64,000 nucleotides of DNA from Chrysomallon squamiferum (GCA_012295275.1 CM022679.1:20398001-20462000), one strand, 5' to 3'; shown: positions 13,397 through 28,521, counted from the stretch's first letter. Numbers and translations are program-made. Notes: generated by a model not told the origin, from the sequence alone.

Positions 13397-15375
13397 TGTG
13401 TGTGAGAATTATCAGAATATTTGTGTGTATGTATGTCTGAATGACTAAGAAAAGAGAGAGATATCTTCTGTATGTAGAAAAGTGTACTAAATACTCTTGC
13501 ATGTTGCAAATCTATAACCAAGTACTTTATTAGAATGTTTAATTGGTACTAGTATACTGAATGAAATGGTCATTCATATTTGATAGTGATGATTATTTAA
13601 CTAGTGTCCTTTGTTTTTTTTAAAAGTCTGAATTCTAATTTAAATTCAAAATTAAATTCTTTTCATTCTTTTTCTTCTATTTTTAAATAAATAAATAATT
13701 ATACAAAGTTATAAAAATCTTTACAGTGGTAATTTCTAAAAAATCTTTTTCAGAAATTAACTATTGATATTAACTGAAATATATCTTCTAAAAGTTTATA
13801 AATGGAAATAAATAAAGTATATTCTTTGTAAAATTGACCATTTAGAGAAAATAAAATTCCTCAGAAAAAAACAAATTGAACAAATTCTTAGCAGTTTACT
13901 AAATTTTGTTTTTCTATGGACCCCTGTAGTTGTGAACATAGTGAACTTGATAATTGATGCCTGGAGGTTAAAAACATAGTTTTATTAATACAAAAATAAA
14001 TTAATAACATTAATCAAGTTAATTACAGCATGTGTGTATTTTTTACATTGCCACTAGAATAGCTTACGGATAAATTTGGTAAACCTTGGTTACCCGCATG
14101 AATTTAATTTTTTCTCTTTTTTCAACCAGCAGGAATTTGGATAATGAAACTTAAGATAAAGGATTATGTGAATTTGCCGAAACTTTTGTTTTAATAAGTG
14201 TAAGACTAAAGGCAGCCGATGAACTCAAGCAAAATGGTGGTATTGCTTTTGGCAAATTAAATCTTTCAAAAGAATGATTGAGGATTAAGTAAAGTAAATG
14301 TTTAATTAGAAATACTTGGTACAATAGTGAAATGATAAATAACAATTTTATGTAACAGTTTTTACATTTTGCTGGCTCCTTTTTGTTTGCCAGTTTAAAA
14401 TGTAGACACTTGCAGAATAATAATAATAAAAAGAAAAAAGAATTATTTAAAATAATTATTATTCATAAACAAAAAAATAATAAATATTTCTCTGAATATG
14501 CAACAGCCAATATATTTTCTAAATTTTTATTTAATGTCATTTGATTAAAGTAGATATAAATACAGTTAATATTTATTATGATATCTGTCATGAATAATCT
14601 GTTATAATTTGGTTAAAGGTTGTTTTTTTCTCTCTTTTTTTTCTAATGTTTTGTCTTTGTGTTTGACATTTAATATTAATAAAGAAATGTCAGCAATAGC
14701 TGTTAAATGTCATTGCAGCCATAAACAAGAAGACCAATAAAAGAAGAAAATGAATATTTCACATTTTATATGCTGCAGTTGTTGTCACAATTTATGAAAT
14801 TTTGGTTAAGAACTGCATGAAATGTAGGCACCATGCGATAGACAGTCTTCCACATTTATAGTCGGAACTGGCACAAGTATTGGACAAGCATCATTGAAAC
14901 TGTGCTGTCGAGTCACTTATTTCATTGAAGCGGTGTCGTTTATTCCATTGATTGGCCTCCTGCCACAGCGACTATTGATCACTCATTGCGTTTGCATTTG
15001 TTGTATAACACGCAGCCCACAAGCTGATTACTGTAATGATGGTGCAAGTCCTCCATGTTTCGAGCTCAACAAGCAATCTGGGCGACATGGAATTGTTTGA
15101 CGTTGTCTTGTAATTTGCCTCAATTTGGTCATTCATTGATACAGATAGATTTAGAGTTGCCTGCCTACTGTTGACAAATGTTTCCTTCCACTGTTTTGGT
15201 CTTATCAATTTTTGTTTGGCAGTTTTATTGTCATGGCCATGTTCTGAATTTTGATTGTATTTTAGGGATTTGGAAGAAAACTGTCATAAATTATTTTAAA
15301 TGAGTTTTATTAAATGTAACCAAAATTAATACTTTTCTGTTCTTCATTTTTTTTTTTTTTTTTTTTTTTAATTTG

Positions 15376-15408
<33 letters not shown>

Positions 15409-16335
15409 AAAAAAAATTCTCTCTCTGTGTATATGTAATTATGTATGAGCACAAATAGAATTTTAAATAATTGATTAACTGAATGAAAAATGGTTTGTTT
15501 AATTAAATTCACATATTGATGGAAAAGTGCTGTTGGAAACCTTATTAACAGAACTGTTAGAAAACCTAAAGGAATATATCTTACAACAGATATATTTAAA
15601 ATCATTCCAGTATTTATACAAAATATTTTGTTTTCAGTAACTTGCATTATTATTTCTATTACCACAGTGGAATATAATTTAAGAAAAATGCCATTAATTC
15701 AGTTACATTTTTCCAACAATCTTTTAAAAATATTGCACACATTACCAGTCATAATGTGAAATAAAGCTGACAGCATGTACAATATTACCATTGTGCTGAA
15801 AAAAGTATATTTATTTATTTCATTTAATTTATTATTTCAAAATAAAAAATAATAATTGTGTTTACCACCCAAAGTATGTTTTTCATGTGGACTGTCATTA
15901 AACATTTAGTCACTTTACACAAAAAATTAAAAAATAATATCCAATTATGACTGTCTTCTTTAAAGATATATTTCAATTTAAATTAATGTTAGTATTTATT
16001 ATCATTTTTTCATTATTTATATGTTTGTGTATTTATTTATTTTTATTATATTCATTTCACTGACAATAGCCAATGACAAAAAAAATAATTAAATAATATA
16101 ATAATAATAAAATAAAACAGATAAATGGAGGGGGGAATAATAAATATAGGAAGTAAGAAAGAAAAAGAATAATACTAAAAAGTACAAAAATAATGTTAAT
16201 TTTCTCTTGGCTTATTCAGTGGTATTTATGTGACACGTCAGGTTAGATGTGTAAAGAGAGAAAGTACAGAACAATGACAAAGTAATGATATTGATTTGCA
16301 GCATTGTTTGTTGTTGTTTCTCTCCCTTAAGAGTA

Positions 16336-16400
16336 ATCAGTTTGCTTCACACCAGTCTTTTTTTACATCAGTTTGCTGCACACCAATCTTTTTAAACATC
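16336..16400. repeat. 31-bp tandem duplication
   Basis: ATCAGTTTGCT.CACACCA.TCTTTTT occurs twice in tandem. Confidence 0.85.
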
Positions 16401-18109
16401 AAACACAAAAACCTTCCACCAAGCTCATCTCTCCACAAGGCTAAAAAATGAAAAATAAAATTTTATTGCCCTGCATCTAGTTTTTATTATGTTTCTTTTC
16501 ACCGCCTTAATTTTTGAATTTTATTTTATTTTTTACAGTGTAATATAATTTGATGAATTTGGAACAAAGAAATTTTTTTTTTTGGTGTTGTTTATAATTG
16601 AAAACTGCTCATTTGGGAACAAACAAAAAAAGTAAAATAAATTCATTTATTTGTGATATAAACCATGTCAGGGCATATTTCTTAACAAGGATTATTTTTT
16701 TATTTTTCAAACTTGTTTTATTAGACTGGAGTTTTTACTTTCTTTATTCCTTGTTTTTGATACATCCCACACATTGCAGATTTCTCAAACAACTGGGTTT
16801 TTTTCAGAATTGTTTCTTAAGATATAATTCTCTAGTATCAAACATGATGAACCTGAAAATATACAAATCAAATGTTTTATTTTCAACAGGAAGCAATGCA
16901 CATGCACACAAAGTGGCTGAAAAAACAACAAATATCGACTTATCTTCAGTTTTATTATTATTATTATTATTTTATTGTTTTCTCATTAAATGTTTTGAAA
17001 TTTAAAAATTATCTTGATATCATTTATTCTGAATTTATCAAGATTTGCAATCTGTGTATTACACCATATGCACAATGTTTCTCACACATTCTGCACGAGC
17101 CCACACACAAATTTGCTTGAATTCTGCCATGACCTAAGTTTTAATCGGCATTATCAACTATTCTATTACTGAACTTGTTCACCTGTATTTTATGCCTCGT
17201 GTTCTCGTAACATATGAATGTAGGCCATTGCACTATCATTTGATTGATTATATTGATGCCTGGATCACACATTTCAGTGATCTTATCAGTACTTCACCTG
17301 TGTTGGAGGTTGCTAGAGTTGCTTCCCATGTTGAGCTTTTTTTTTTCTTTTCTTTTCATTTTTTTTCTTTCTTTTCTTTTAAAGAGGACATAAATGTACA
17401 ACTCTGGATATGTTATAAATTTTTTTGTTTTTTTTGTTTCGCTTTTTCATTAATAATTGTTATTTATTTTAAATAAATATAAAATGTTTTATTATTTTTA
17501 TTTGTTAAAACTAAAATTAATATCACTTCAAAAAGGGGAGGGGGAAGAGAAGAAAAAGGTAAAAACACAAAAAACTAAATAAATGACAAAATTACAAAAT
17601 TCAATTCATACAATCTACAATTAAAATAAATTATTTTTCTGAACTTTTAATTTAATCTGTATAATAAATTTTGTGTATTAATTTTGCTGAAGTAAAATGA
17701 GTTTCAAAAAAAAAAATAAAAAAAATTATTTGATATGATTTGTAAAAATATTTAATGTTAATGATATGCTAAAATTTCAACTAAATTTCAACATCAAATC
17801 AACTAAAAATGACATTTTAATTTCTAGCTATGTTTTGACAACAATATCATTTATCGGCACTGAATTAGCTCTAGAAATGAAACTGTGACACCAGACAGCT
17901 GTGATGTATGTTACTGAGTAATTTAATATATCTGATGTAGATAATTTATTGCGTGAACCCCATTTGATACTGCTACAGGTATTAGAGAAAAATATAAATT
18001 ATATTCTTGAATTAAAATGAATTTCTTTTCAAACATTTACTTACTTATTTTGTACCCATATCCATCCATCCATCCATCTATCCATCTGTCTGTCCATCCA
18101 TCCATGTAC

Positions 18110-18153
<44 letters not shown>

Positions 18154-19836
18154 AAATATATAAATAAATAAATAAAGTTATATTTAAAAAAAAAATGAAA
18201 AAATGATAAAATTATATTAATCTTTTGATGTTACTATATTTATTATTCTGGATGTCTATGATGTTTTTCTGAAAAAACATTTTTTGTTTCTTTAGGGTTT
18301 TTTTTTGTTTGTTTTTTTTAAATTAAATAAAACTTGTTTCATTACATACATAAAGTTTGAACAAATATATTTTTCTAGGAACGACAATGATGTGAAACTA
18401 ATTTTATTAGAGGTGAAAATTAGTTTTATTAGTTACAAAATCTATTCTGGTAAATTCACTTGATTATATCTGGTAAATTCACTGAAATTGGTTCACCATA
18501 GCATTAAAATTAACTGGTCATTGTCAGTAGTGACTTCAGTTCTATTATTTATCAGTAATTAACCATTTTTAAATTTTGGTAATGTTATCTGTAAATTTTC
18601 ATTGTCTTATTTTATATAATAATATATTTAGTTTATAGTTCAGTAGTTGAAGTTTTTATTTATATATTGCTGGTATACACTATTGTATTTTAAACATTTT
18701 AAACACAAAAAAAAACAAAAAGAAAGTCTTCGTTTTATATTATTGTGTAGAAATAATTCTAAAACATTTTTCTGTTGTTAAAGTTGAAATATTTATAAAT
18801 AATTTAGTTCTTATTCATTATTTTACAAACATGTTTAGTTATTATATTTTACAAATACTCTGCGATATTATGTTTAAATTTTTTTATTATATAAAACTAT
18901 TATTTCTATCTGAAAAAAAGTGAACAAAAAACAAAAACAAATAATAATAAACAAACAAATAAATAAACAAATAAATAAATAAATGGTCTAAATATTATTT
19001 TACCAAACATAATTAATATTATTTTAAATGAAGGCTTTTTAATTATTATATTCATGTTATTGTTACATTTAAATAATTTAACAGTTTACATAACTTATCA
19101 CTTCTTAGATATAACAGTCTTAGATTTAAATATAATTGAAATAAAAACTTACTGAAAAATTCTTATAAAACGGTTAAAGTTAATTTATTAACCAATTAGT
19201 GAAATGACTTCAGTCTTCATATTACAACCAACCTTATTCAGTCATTTTTAAATAAAACAAGTAATTATATATATTTATGTTGTATGGGTTTTTTTTTCTT
19301 GATTTTCGACTGACTTTGTAACTGAATATTGTATTTTTAATGGTAATAGGGGATTTTGATCAACAGATTCCAAATTAAAACCTTTATTCAAAATTCAATT
19401 GATTTTTTTTGTGTATTAAATCGAAATCAAATTTAGTATTAGTTTCACCAATTCAATATTTTGTATACATGTTCCAATGGTTATTGTGTTTTTCTTTGTT
19501 GCAGTTATAAAATACATTGACTTTTTAAATTAGCGTAATGGATTTAAAAAAATGCTCATATACTTTTATCATATCAGTTTACTAATTATACAGATGTAAA
19601 TTGTTACCTGCATAATTCAAATCTTTTCAGAGGAAGTATCAGGTATTCAAGAGGTTTACAGATGAAGTTTGATACATACATTTTTCTTTCTTTCATCCAG
19701 ATATAAAATAATAAATAATACAATGTTCAGTCAGACTTCATGCCTTAAAGAATTTCTGAATATTTAAAAACTATTTAATTTTGCCAGAAGTATTTTCTAT
19801 ATGTATCACTTACGTTGTTTTTACTGTGTTTTTCAG

Positions 19837-19931
19837 ACAAGTCTGCACCCCAGCCCCCAGGCAGCAGTCAGGGACCTTTGGGGTTTTTTGTACCCAGTCC
19901 GTATCCTCCATACCCAAATGGCACATCTATG
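19837..19931 (+). CDS. Tcf: TCF exon (95 nt, phase 1 to 0): DKSAPQPPGSSQGPLGFFVPSPYPPYPNGTSM
   Basis: TTTTTCAG acceptor and ATG|GTAAGT donor; GC-rich island; SPY..PNG resembles the TCF region that follows the beta-catenin-binding domain. Confidence 0.88.
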
Positions 19932-22900
19932 GTAAGTGATGATAAAGTTTTATCTCAGTTATCTAGTGTCAGATTTGCTGATTCAGTGTACTACTGTAAC
20001 AATTGTTTTAAGATAAATTGTCAACTTTATTACTGCTGACAAGACCACTGTATTGAAGAAAATGATCATAGTTTGAAAAACCCAGAAAAAAACAACAATA
20101 ACAATTGTATATAATTAATTATTTACTTCTGATTTGTTTTTATTTCCAAGAATATACACATTTTATTTTTAGCAATATTCACTCTGAAAAAAACTATAAA
20201 AAAACCCAACAAAAAAACCCACTAACAAATAAAAGACAGAATCTAAGGCAATTTCATTTCTTTGGCAAATTTGTGATCATCTCTTGGTATTGTCACAATT
20301 AATTACTCAGATGATATTGATTTTTCATACATAATTATCTATTTAACTATTCCTTTACCTCGGGTAATCTGTTTTATTCTTCACAGTGGGATATATTTTT
20401 AATTTTTTTTTTTTTATTATTATCTTGTTCATTTGTAATTGACCTGAATACTATAATATTTTTAGTCTAAGTAACATTAGCTGTATGACCTATTTCAAAA
20501 GCAAGAATCGTTATTTTTATGATTCTCTTACTTAATAAAATCAAATAGAAAGTTGTTGATATCAGTTAATGCATAAAACCTAACTGTAATGAATAGGTTA
20601 ATTCCAAACTGTTGCAGTCAAAACATCCATAGCTACAGTAAAAATGTAGCATATTTTATGTGTTAAGTTGTAAACTGTAACAGCTATAAAAGATAGCTAT
20701 ATCTAGAACATTTCTTTAATTTGTGTATGTGTAGTACATGGCAAAAAAACAAAAAACCCCAAAACCCAGCAAAAATCCAGTTAAATTTACTTTTCTAATA
20801 CTGTTGTCTTGGACCAGTTATTTTATTTATTTATTTATTTATTTTTAATGTTTTATATATATATATATATTTTTTTTTATAACATAGCTCAGGCTTAAAA
20901 GACTTTGTTGCACTACATTTAGTGAAATTTTCTGTTAGGAACCGTAGTTCATTATTACAGTTTATTTAATGGAATTCAGTAAACTGTCCCATTAGTGATT
21001 TTTTACCACACATAATTAAACCATTGTGTATTATTTTAATTAATTGTTTACATATAAAATATACATTTACATACATACATACATACATACATCTGATAGA
21101 ATGTATATGAATACCAAAAATGTTCTGTGGCTTTGAATTTGATGGAATCTTAGTGCTTTTTTATTTTTATTAATTTATTTATTTTATAAATAAATAAAGA
21201 AATTATAATGCTGGTATGGGCAGTATGAAAGTGACACTACTTACATTAATTATTTTTTTAAATGGTTTTGGCTTAATGTAATTATATATTAAGCTAATCT
21301 CTGAGTCTGGTTTTGATGCAGTTTTAATCATCTGTTTAATAATTTTCCCAGTTTCGTTTTGATAGTGGTGTATTTAATTCAGTTAGTTCTGAATTTAATT
21401 CATCCTAAAGATATGTTTTACTGAATATTTTTATTTTGTTCACAAATATATGAGAGTTTAGATGATCTGTGAACATGTTAATATAGTCATTATTTGTCAA
21501 TTTACGAATTTTAAAATTTTTATTTTAATTTTTTATAAACTGGTCTTTCTCCATATCTTGAGATACAGTAATATTAGACATACATTATTGTTCATCCTAA
21601 CAAACTTATTTAATTAACAATAAAAAAAACCCTCCAATAAACTTTGAACATATTATTAACTGCTTTGAAAATAATTCCTGTAATTAAGTATCAGAATAAA
21701 TATGTAGTTTCTTTCTTTCTTTCTTTCTTCTTCATTGTCATTCTTTTTTGTTTCATTTTTTAAAAATATTTTTATATTTTTAAACTTTAATATGTTTACA
21801 AGATTACTGTTACCTAAACTGATTTCAGAGTTTGTATTGACATCTAAGTAATCTGATCTTGCTAATGGTTTTGTCCCATGTTAGTTGTTTTAATTTGTAA
21901 CCAAACTGACTAAGTTCCAAAAACATGTATCCCACATTTTATAATGACTCTCTGAAGACACATGTTTTTCCAACAAGATAGCTGTGAGCCTATAAAACTT
22001 AGAACTTGTAAAATTGCACTTTATAGGTTAATTTAATGGTTCATATTATTACACTGGTCTATAAATAATATGGATTGTTATCTGTCAGTACAGTTGAACT
22101 GGCTCAGAGAATTACTGTAAATGTTGCTTTTTAACATTTTCTGTTTGGTTCAATATTTTGGAAAAGATCATTAGGGTGTTGTAATATTATCATATTTTGT
22201 ACATTAGCATTATAATATTATTTATTAATTTATTTTGGTTGTTGTTAAAAATGAAATAAAAATTGACAAAATCCTTTTGGAGTGATATTTAAAAATATAA
22301 TTATTTTTTAAACCTGTATTGTAAAGAAAAAAATTGTAAATATGTTGATGATCATTAGAAATGATAGTATAAAAAGAATTGAAGAATTTTTATTGTAAAA
22401 AAGCATAAGATCTTTTTTTTAACATTTTTATATTTTGTCTATTTTATTGTTATTATTGTTTTCTTTTTCTACATCTTATTGTTGTTATTGCTGTTGGTAT
22501 TGTCATTGCTATTATTGCTACCATTACAACTGTTATATTTGTTAATACATGTATATTTAAACTGTTAATAACAGTAATTATTAAAACAGCTTGATAACTG
22601 GTGTGGATTTGACACTGCTCATTGTTAGAAATCATACTTGTTGAAGCAGGCGTCAGGGGTCGTCATTGTTAAAATGACACTTAAGACTTTTAAATGGTCG
22701 AATACACACGTCAGTTTGCTGTACACTCCTACCTCTTGTGCTCTTCTCTGTCGGTGAACAGTGTTCAAAATATGCACTCACGCTGTCACTGATTGTCAGG
22801 CAACATTAGCAGTGACATCTGAAGAAAATGGACACTGGCATTCTGCCAGAGTGACAGAAATTCCAGTGTCACAAAGATGCCTGTTTGGCATGATGGATTT

Positions 22901-23929
22901 CTTAACTTGGTTGGTGACAGAATGAAAATGTCTTTGCAGACAGCTAATTTATCCATCTCTAGATACTGTTCATTATATAAAAAAAATTAAAATAATAAAA
23001 TAATAAAATTAAAATAATAATAATAATAAAAGAAAATTTAATCTTACTATTTTTAAAGTATTTACAAGTATTTATTTAATATCATTCTGTCTGGTTTTAA
23101 TTGTTTTTTAAGGAATGTTTTTATATTTAAGATAACGTAAAACTTCGAAAATAAGTTTGACATAAATCACTCATGTGTCAAAATGTCCTAAAAATTAAAT
23201 CATTTGTGTATAATGCACGTGCACCAATACAGACATGAACATCCACATCCTGTCTTTTTCTCACTTAAACCTACATGTGCTTAAATTACAGATTATAGCA
23301 TTAAACATGTACACACAGACACATATACACATGTGCATGCATGTACACATATTATAGCACACAGAAATAGGGAAACATGACCATTCTTTAATACATTTTA
23401 TACATAATGTAAAACTTGAATGTTTGCTTGTTGCCTTTTTATGTTAATGTTCTCAGGCTAATGTTTGCATGCTAATCATGTAGCAAAGGTATCAGTGGCT
23501 TACTTAGCATGGGGTCCTCAAGATAACAAAATACAAGAAGAAAAGAAAAAGTCATAATGGAACCCTGTCAGGCCTGCCACACTGACATTTTCCATCTCTT
23601 GATATTTTATCATTTCTAAATGTTATAACAGTAGAAATAACAAGTACTGGATTAGGCACACATCATAAAGCTGCTTCAGATGACTGATTTATTATTGGGA
23701 GGTGCTGTTCAAGTGCCATCCTCCCCAATTCTGGCTTGGTAATAACTAGGTGTCAGGCACCACAAGTAAATACCAGCCATTCTGGTTCCTTTGAAAGACT
23801 TGTAGGTATTAACAATGATCAGTTTGGACATGGGTGTGATTTTTCACTGCATGTAACTTATAGATGCAGTACAGAGATCAGTTGCAGGACTCCATTTGAT
23901 GTGTATCAGACACACATCTATTTAAATAT

Positions 23930-23960
<31 letters not shown>

Positions 23961-26900
23961 GTTGCAATAAAGTAATGTGGCTGACACATTCTGAAACCAT
24001 GCTGTCTTGTTCAGAGCATTTTGTGGCTATTAGTTATAAAGTAAAAGGTTACATTTGTATAGTTACACTGTTAGCAAGACCTTTTCTTTACTGCAGTCTA
24101 ATGATCACTCCAATATGAACCAAATAAAAGTTAGATTATTATTACATATTATCAGATAGAATAATCAGCCCCATGGATCACCATGACAGTAACATAAAAA
24201 TATTTTCATCTGATATTAATTTGATATTATAGTATTGTTTTAGAAACTTGAAAAAAATACCAAATGTTGTTTCATTTTAAAGACATCTCTATAATTTGTT
24301 CATACCATTTGACAAAATATCACTGTCATCACAGGATGGCTGTCTTCTTTGCTAAACTTAAATGATGCAAATGTTTTTTTTCCATCTTTGCAGTTCAATA
24401 TACTGTGATTCTGGGTTGTTAACAAGTGTAACTCATTTTCATTTTTACTGTTCATATTTCTTCTTCCAATATATTTTATTTCTATGAACAGCATTCATGA
24501 TTTTTTTGTTAAACTGTAGTGTAATTCATGCTCCAAAAAATTGATATCATTCATATAATAACAATAGTTTAATCACATGACTGATAGGATTAGTACTAAT
24601 CTCACAGAGATTCTAATACTTGACAGTGTTGGTTTCATCATCTACTGACACCATGTCTGGTCTGAAATCCAAAGGTTAACTAACAATTAATGCACTGACA
24701 GAATTGCTACTGACAAATTTGTGACTATTTCAGATATTTAACTTGCAGTAAGACTGACAACAAATAAAAATTATTTCAATTATGGAGATAAATGTTTAAG
24801 ATTGAAACAAATATGAAAATGGCATTGCAGTTCATAAATTATTTTGGTCTCAAAAATTGAAGATTGGACTTGGGTAGAAAAAAGTTGTATCTAAACCTGT
24901 GGGCTTTAGCTCACTGGCAGAAATCTATTCCAAAGAGTGATAGATTCACAATAAAATTATACTTAAGAAAGGTATAAACAGCATTATATCTATAATATGT
25001 AGATATTTAATGTAACTGTGTGTGTGTGTGTGTGCAAAACTATTAAAATGGCTACTCAAAGTATCATTATTCAGTTTGTATCTGTTTAAATTGTTTCTAT
25101 ATGTTCTAATTTGAATAAGAATTAGTGACATGTCCCCAGGTAATTATTCCTGAACTGACCTAGACAACTAAAAATAATTAAAATATACACTGTATTAAAA
25201 CAAGTCTATTGCAATAATTCGCCATTCAGTGGCACTAATAAGATGATTCATTATCAGCTGTGTTAATGTGATGTGTATGAATTGACACTTTATGCTAGAC
25301 AAACACACCAGATTAAACTGATCTGTTTCACTCTTTACCTGCATAATCATTCAGAATTCAGCTTATCCATATTAGTATGTCCCATCTGTGTCCATCTTTC
25401 TTTTTATTTCTGAACACTGAGCTTAACATGCATGATAAATAATTGCCCATTTAAACATTTTAAAAAAAGACTACAGTTATATACTGATAGTATTTCTCTG
25501 CTTGAAGAGGTAATGGGACATTTTGTTCAGTATCATATTGCAAATCACTAGATAAGTTTCAAAGACTGCTGCAATCCAGTATTCAGTTTTAACAGTTATT
25601 ACTAGTTAAGATTTTTGACATTTTTTTAAAGAGCATTGCTCATCAAAATGTTCATACTTTATATTCTGTCATCATTAAAATACACAACTTATATTTTAAA
25701 GATATTGTTACATTCCAAAATATTTTTTTTAAAAATCCCCACAAATTTAATATTTAAAATGTCACATTATGATTTGTTAAGAAATTATTCTTTGCTTAAA
25801 GACCTTTTCAGAGAATATGTATCAAAGATCCCTTGATATATTAGTATTGGTAATCATGAACAGAACATTTTTTTTGGCAACTTGTTTTCATTAAAGTAAA
25901 ATAATTTAATTGTTCAGTGTGGATCAAAATTATACATCTCAAAAATATAAACCATGTGCTGATATCCCCAAACTTATAGAACCATATTTTTAATAAATAT
26001 TTTGTAATCCTAAGCAGTTCTTCTTCTTCTTCTTCTTATTATTATTATTATTATTATAACAGTTATCCTTTTTTTTTACTTTCTTCTTTTTCTTTACTTT
26101 ATATATTTATTTATTTATTTATTTATTTTAAATTGCTTAATAACAAAACAAAAAGTTCAGAAAATTATTTCCAATTTTGGCTAAAACCCCCAAAACAGAA
26201 AACATTTGCAAACATAACACAACCATGAAAAAAAAAAAAAATAAATAAATAAATAAAATAAAATTATAATTTACAATGACTATATGTAATACAAGACTGA
26301 ATATTTTAATGCTTAAAAATATTGAAACTTAATCTTAATTAAGACTGATTCAAGAAATTATGTTAAATATGCCAAGTTATTCATCATTGATTTATTTAAA
26401 TTGTACATGTACATCAATTGTTACAGGCATTAAGTATTACAGCATGATATTAAAATTTAAAATAACAGAGTATTATAGCTTACTTACTAAAATGTTCAGT
26501 TTATATTTAATGTATTAATAGATGCTGATAGATTCCATTAAAATGATAAAAGCCTTCATCATTTAATATTTTGATCGTAGTGGAAAGGAAATACAGGTAA
26601 ATATAATTTTTAAAAAACATGCAAATTAATAATTTTTGCCTTTGTTTCTCAAGAATGTGAGTAGTTACAATATTCAGTATTAATTTTATTTGTACTTCAT
26701 AGAATAAAAAGTTTTTTCATCTGCTTGGGTATATGAAGTGGAACAAAAAACAGATAATAATTTGAATAATGGATATAACAGATGAGGTTGACAGTTCAGC
26801 TGCCTCACAGGAAAATAAAATAATAATAATCACCCCACTCAAAAAAACAACAACAACAAAACCACAATGATGTATATTTTTAAAAAATAATAAAAAACGA

Positions 26901-27949
26901 CAATGAAAATATTTTCGGAAATTTCACTTCATTTTGGAAATGTTCTAGTCAACATCATTATTCATTTTACTCTGGTAATGTTCTTTGATAAAAATGTAAT
27001 TGGATAACATTTCACATTTTAAATGGCAAATGTTGTGACATGTGGGTGCATTTAAAAGTTAAAATAATTTAAGATTTATATTATTTTCAAATTGTTTTTA
27101 TCTGTATTTTTTTTTTTTTGTGTTATGTCAATTTTTGAAAAATATTTTTTATCACAATTAACCAAATGATGATAATAAAACAAAAAGCTTTCATTGTGAA
27201 TAGCAGATTGTTTAGAAGTAAAACCAAAATCAACTTTTTTTTTTTTGTTGTTGTTTTGGTTTTTTTATATGTTAGGTAATAATGCAAAAAAAAAAAAATA
27301 AAGTAAAAATAATAAAAATAAATAAATTATACTATTAAATTATTATTTTTACTTCTACAAAGTTATTAAAGTTACCATATAAAAGGCCTCAGTTTTAACC
27401 TGAATTATTGTTGAATCTAAATTCTTAACTGTTTGCTTAAGAACAGGTTAAAAACAAATGTAACTTAGCATAAACTTGCTAATATTGCATTGTTTGGCAA
27501 TGCAGTAACACTAATAAACTTACACTATATTTGCAATTTAAAAATGCAGAAAAATTGGCCGAGGTTTAATACCATTTTTATAATGATCAGTTAAACCAGC
27601 TTAACTGTAAAGCCAGATGAGTGTTTTTAAGACTTGATTACATCTCTTCCCACAACAGAGATTTGTCCTCAAATGCTCCACCCCTGTTAGAGAGCTCAGT
27701 GTGAGATATGGCTAGAATTACTAGAATTTTTTTCTGTCATCCAATTAAAGAGGCTTGACTATAGAAACCCAGGTACAGGTTGAACGATTGTATCTTCTCT
27801 CCTCTTGCCTCAATAGAGATTCGAGAGAGTAGTCCTTCCTGCTTCATACACTCAGGAAGCCGCCTGCCGCTGCTGTTTCAGTCTTATGTGTGTGTGCCTC
27901 TATACTGCATGGCTGGCAATCTGTCAAGTGTCATAACCTAGCAACTGAC

Positions 27950-28195
27950 ATGATCTATTACCTTAGCCGTCACTGGGGGTCGGGGTCAGACCTCCCTCAG
28001 CTCTCAGGGCCAGTCCACAGTCAAAACAATAATAGCGGGAGAAGTTGGAGGGATGAGGCAACCCTCCGAGGCCTCAATTCCTCTGATCAAAGCAAAGCTA
28101 TGTGCTCTACCTGTTCTGGACTTATTGCTTTGGAGAAGATGCCATTGTGCTGCCTATATCCCGAACCATGTACCTTGGGATGTATTTTCGATATG
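27950..28195 (+). CDS. Tcf: Candidate alternative (first or cassette) exon, 82 codons MIYYLSRHWG...GCIFDM, in frame with the exon at 34703
   Basis: GC/CpG-rich island. The frame is open from 27833 through the donor, and ATG|GTAAGA at 28196 falls in phase 0, matching the next exon. No homology recognised. Confidence 0.45.
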
Positions 28196-28485
28196 GTAAG
28201 AAAACGAGTCAGTTTAATTTACTTTTTAATTTGGGAAATGTTAACTTTTTTAAATTTTATTTTTAAAAAATTTTCCTATCTGTTTAGTTGCTTCAAAAAT
28301 AAGATAGAATGAAAAAGAAAAAAAATGAAAAAATACCTGCAGAAAAATTAATGTGTTTCATTAATGCACCATATCAATGTTGTGTAAATAATTTATCAAA
28401 TATATAATAGTTTTTGTATTTAGTAACATTTGTGTTGGTAATATTTAGTTCTATAATATTAATTATTTATGTTGGTCTGGTTTAA

Positions 28486-28521
<36 letters not shown>

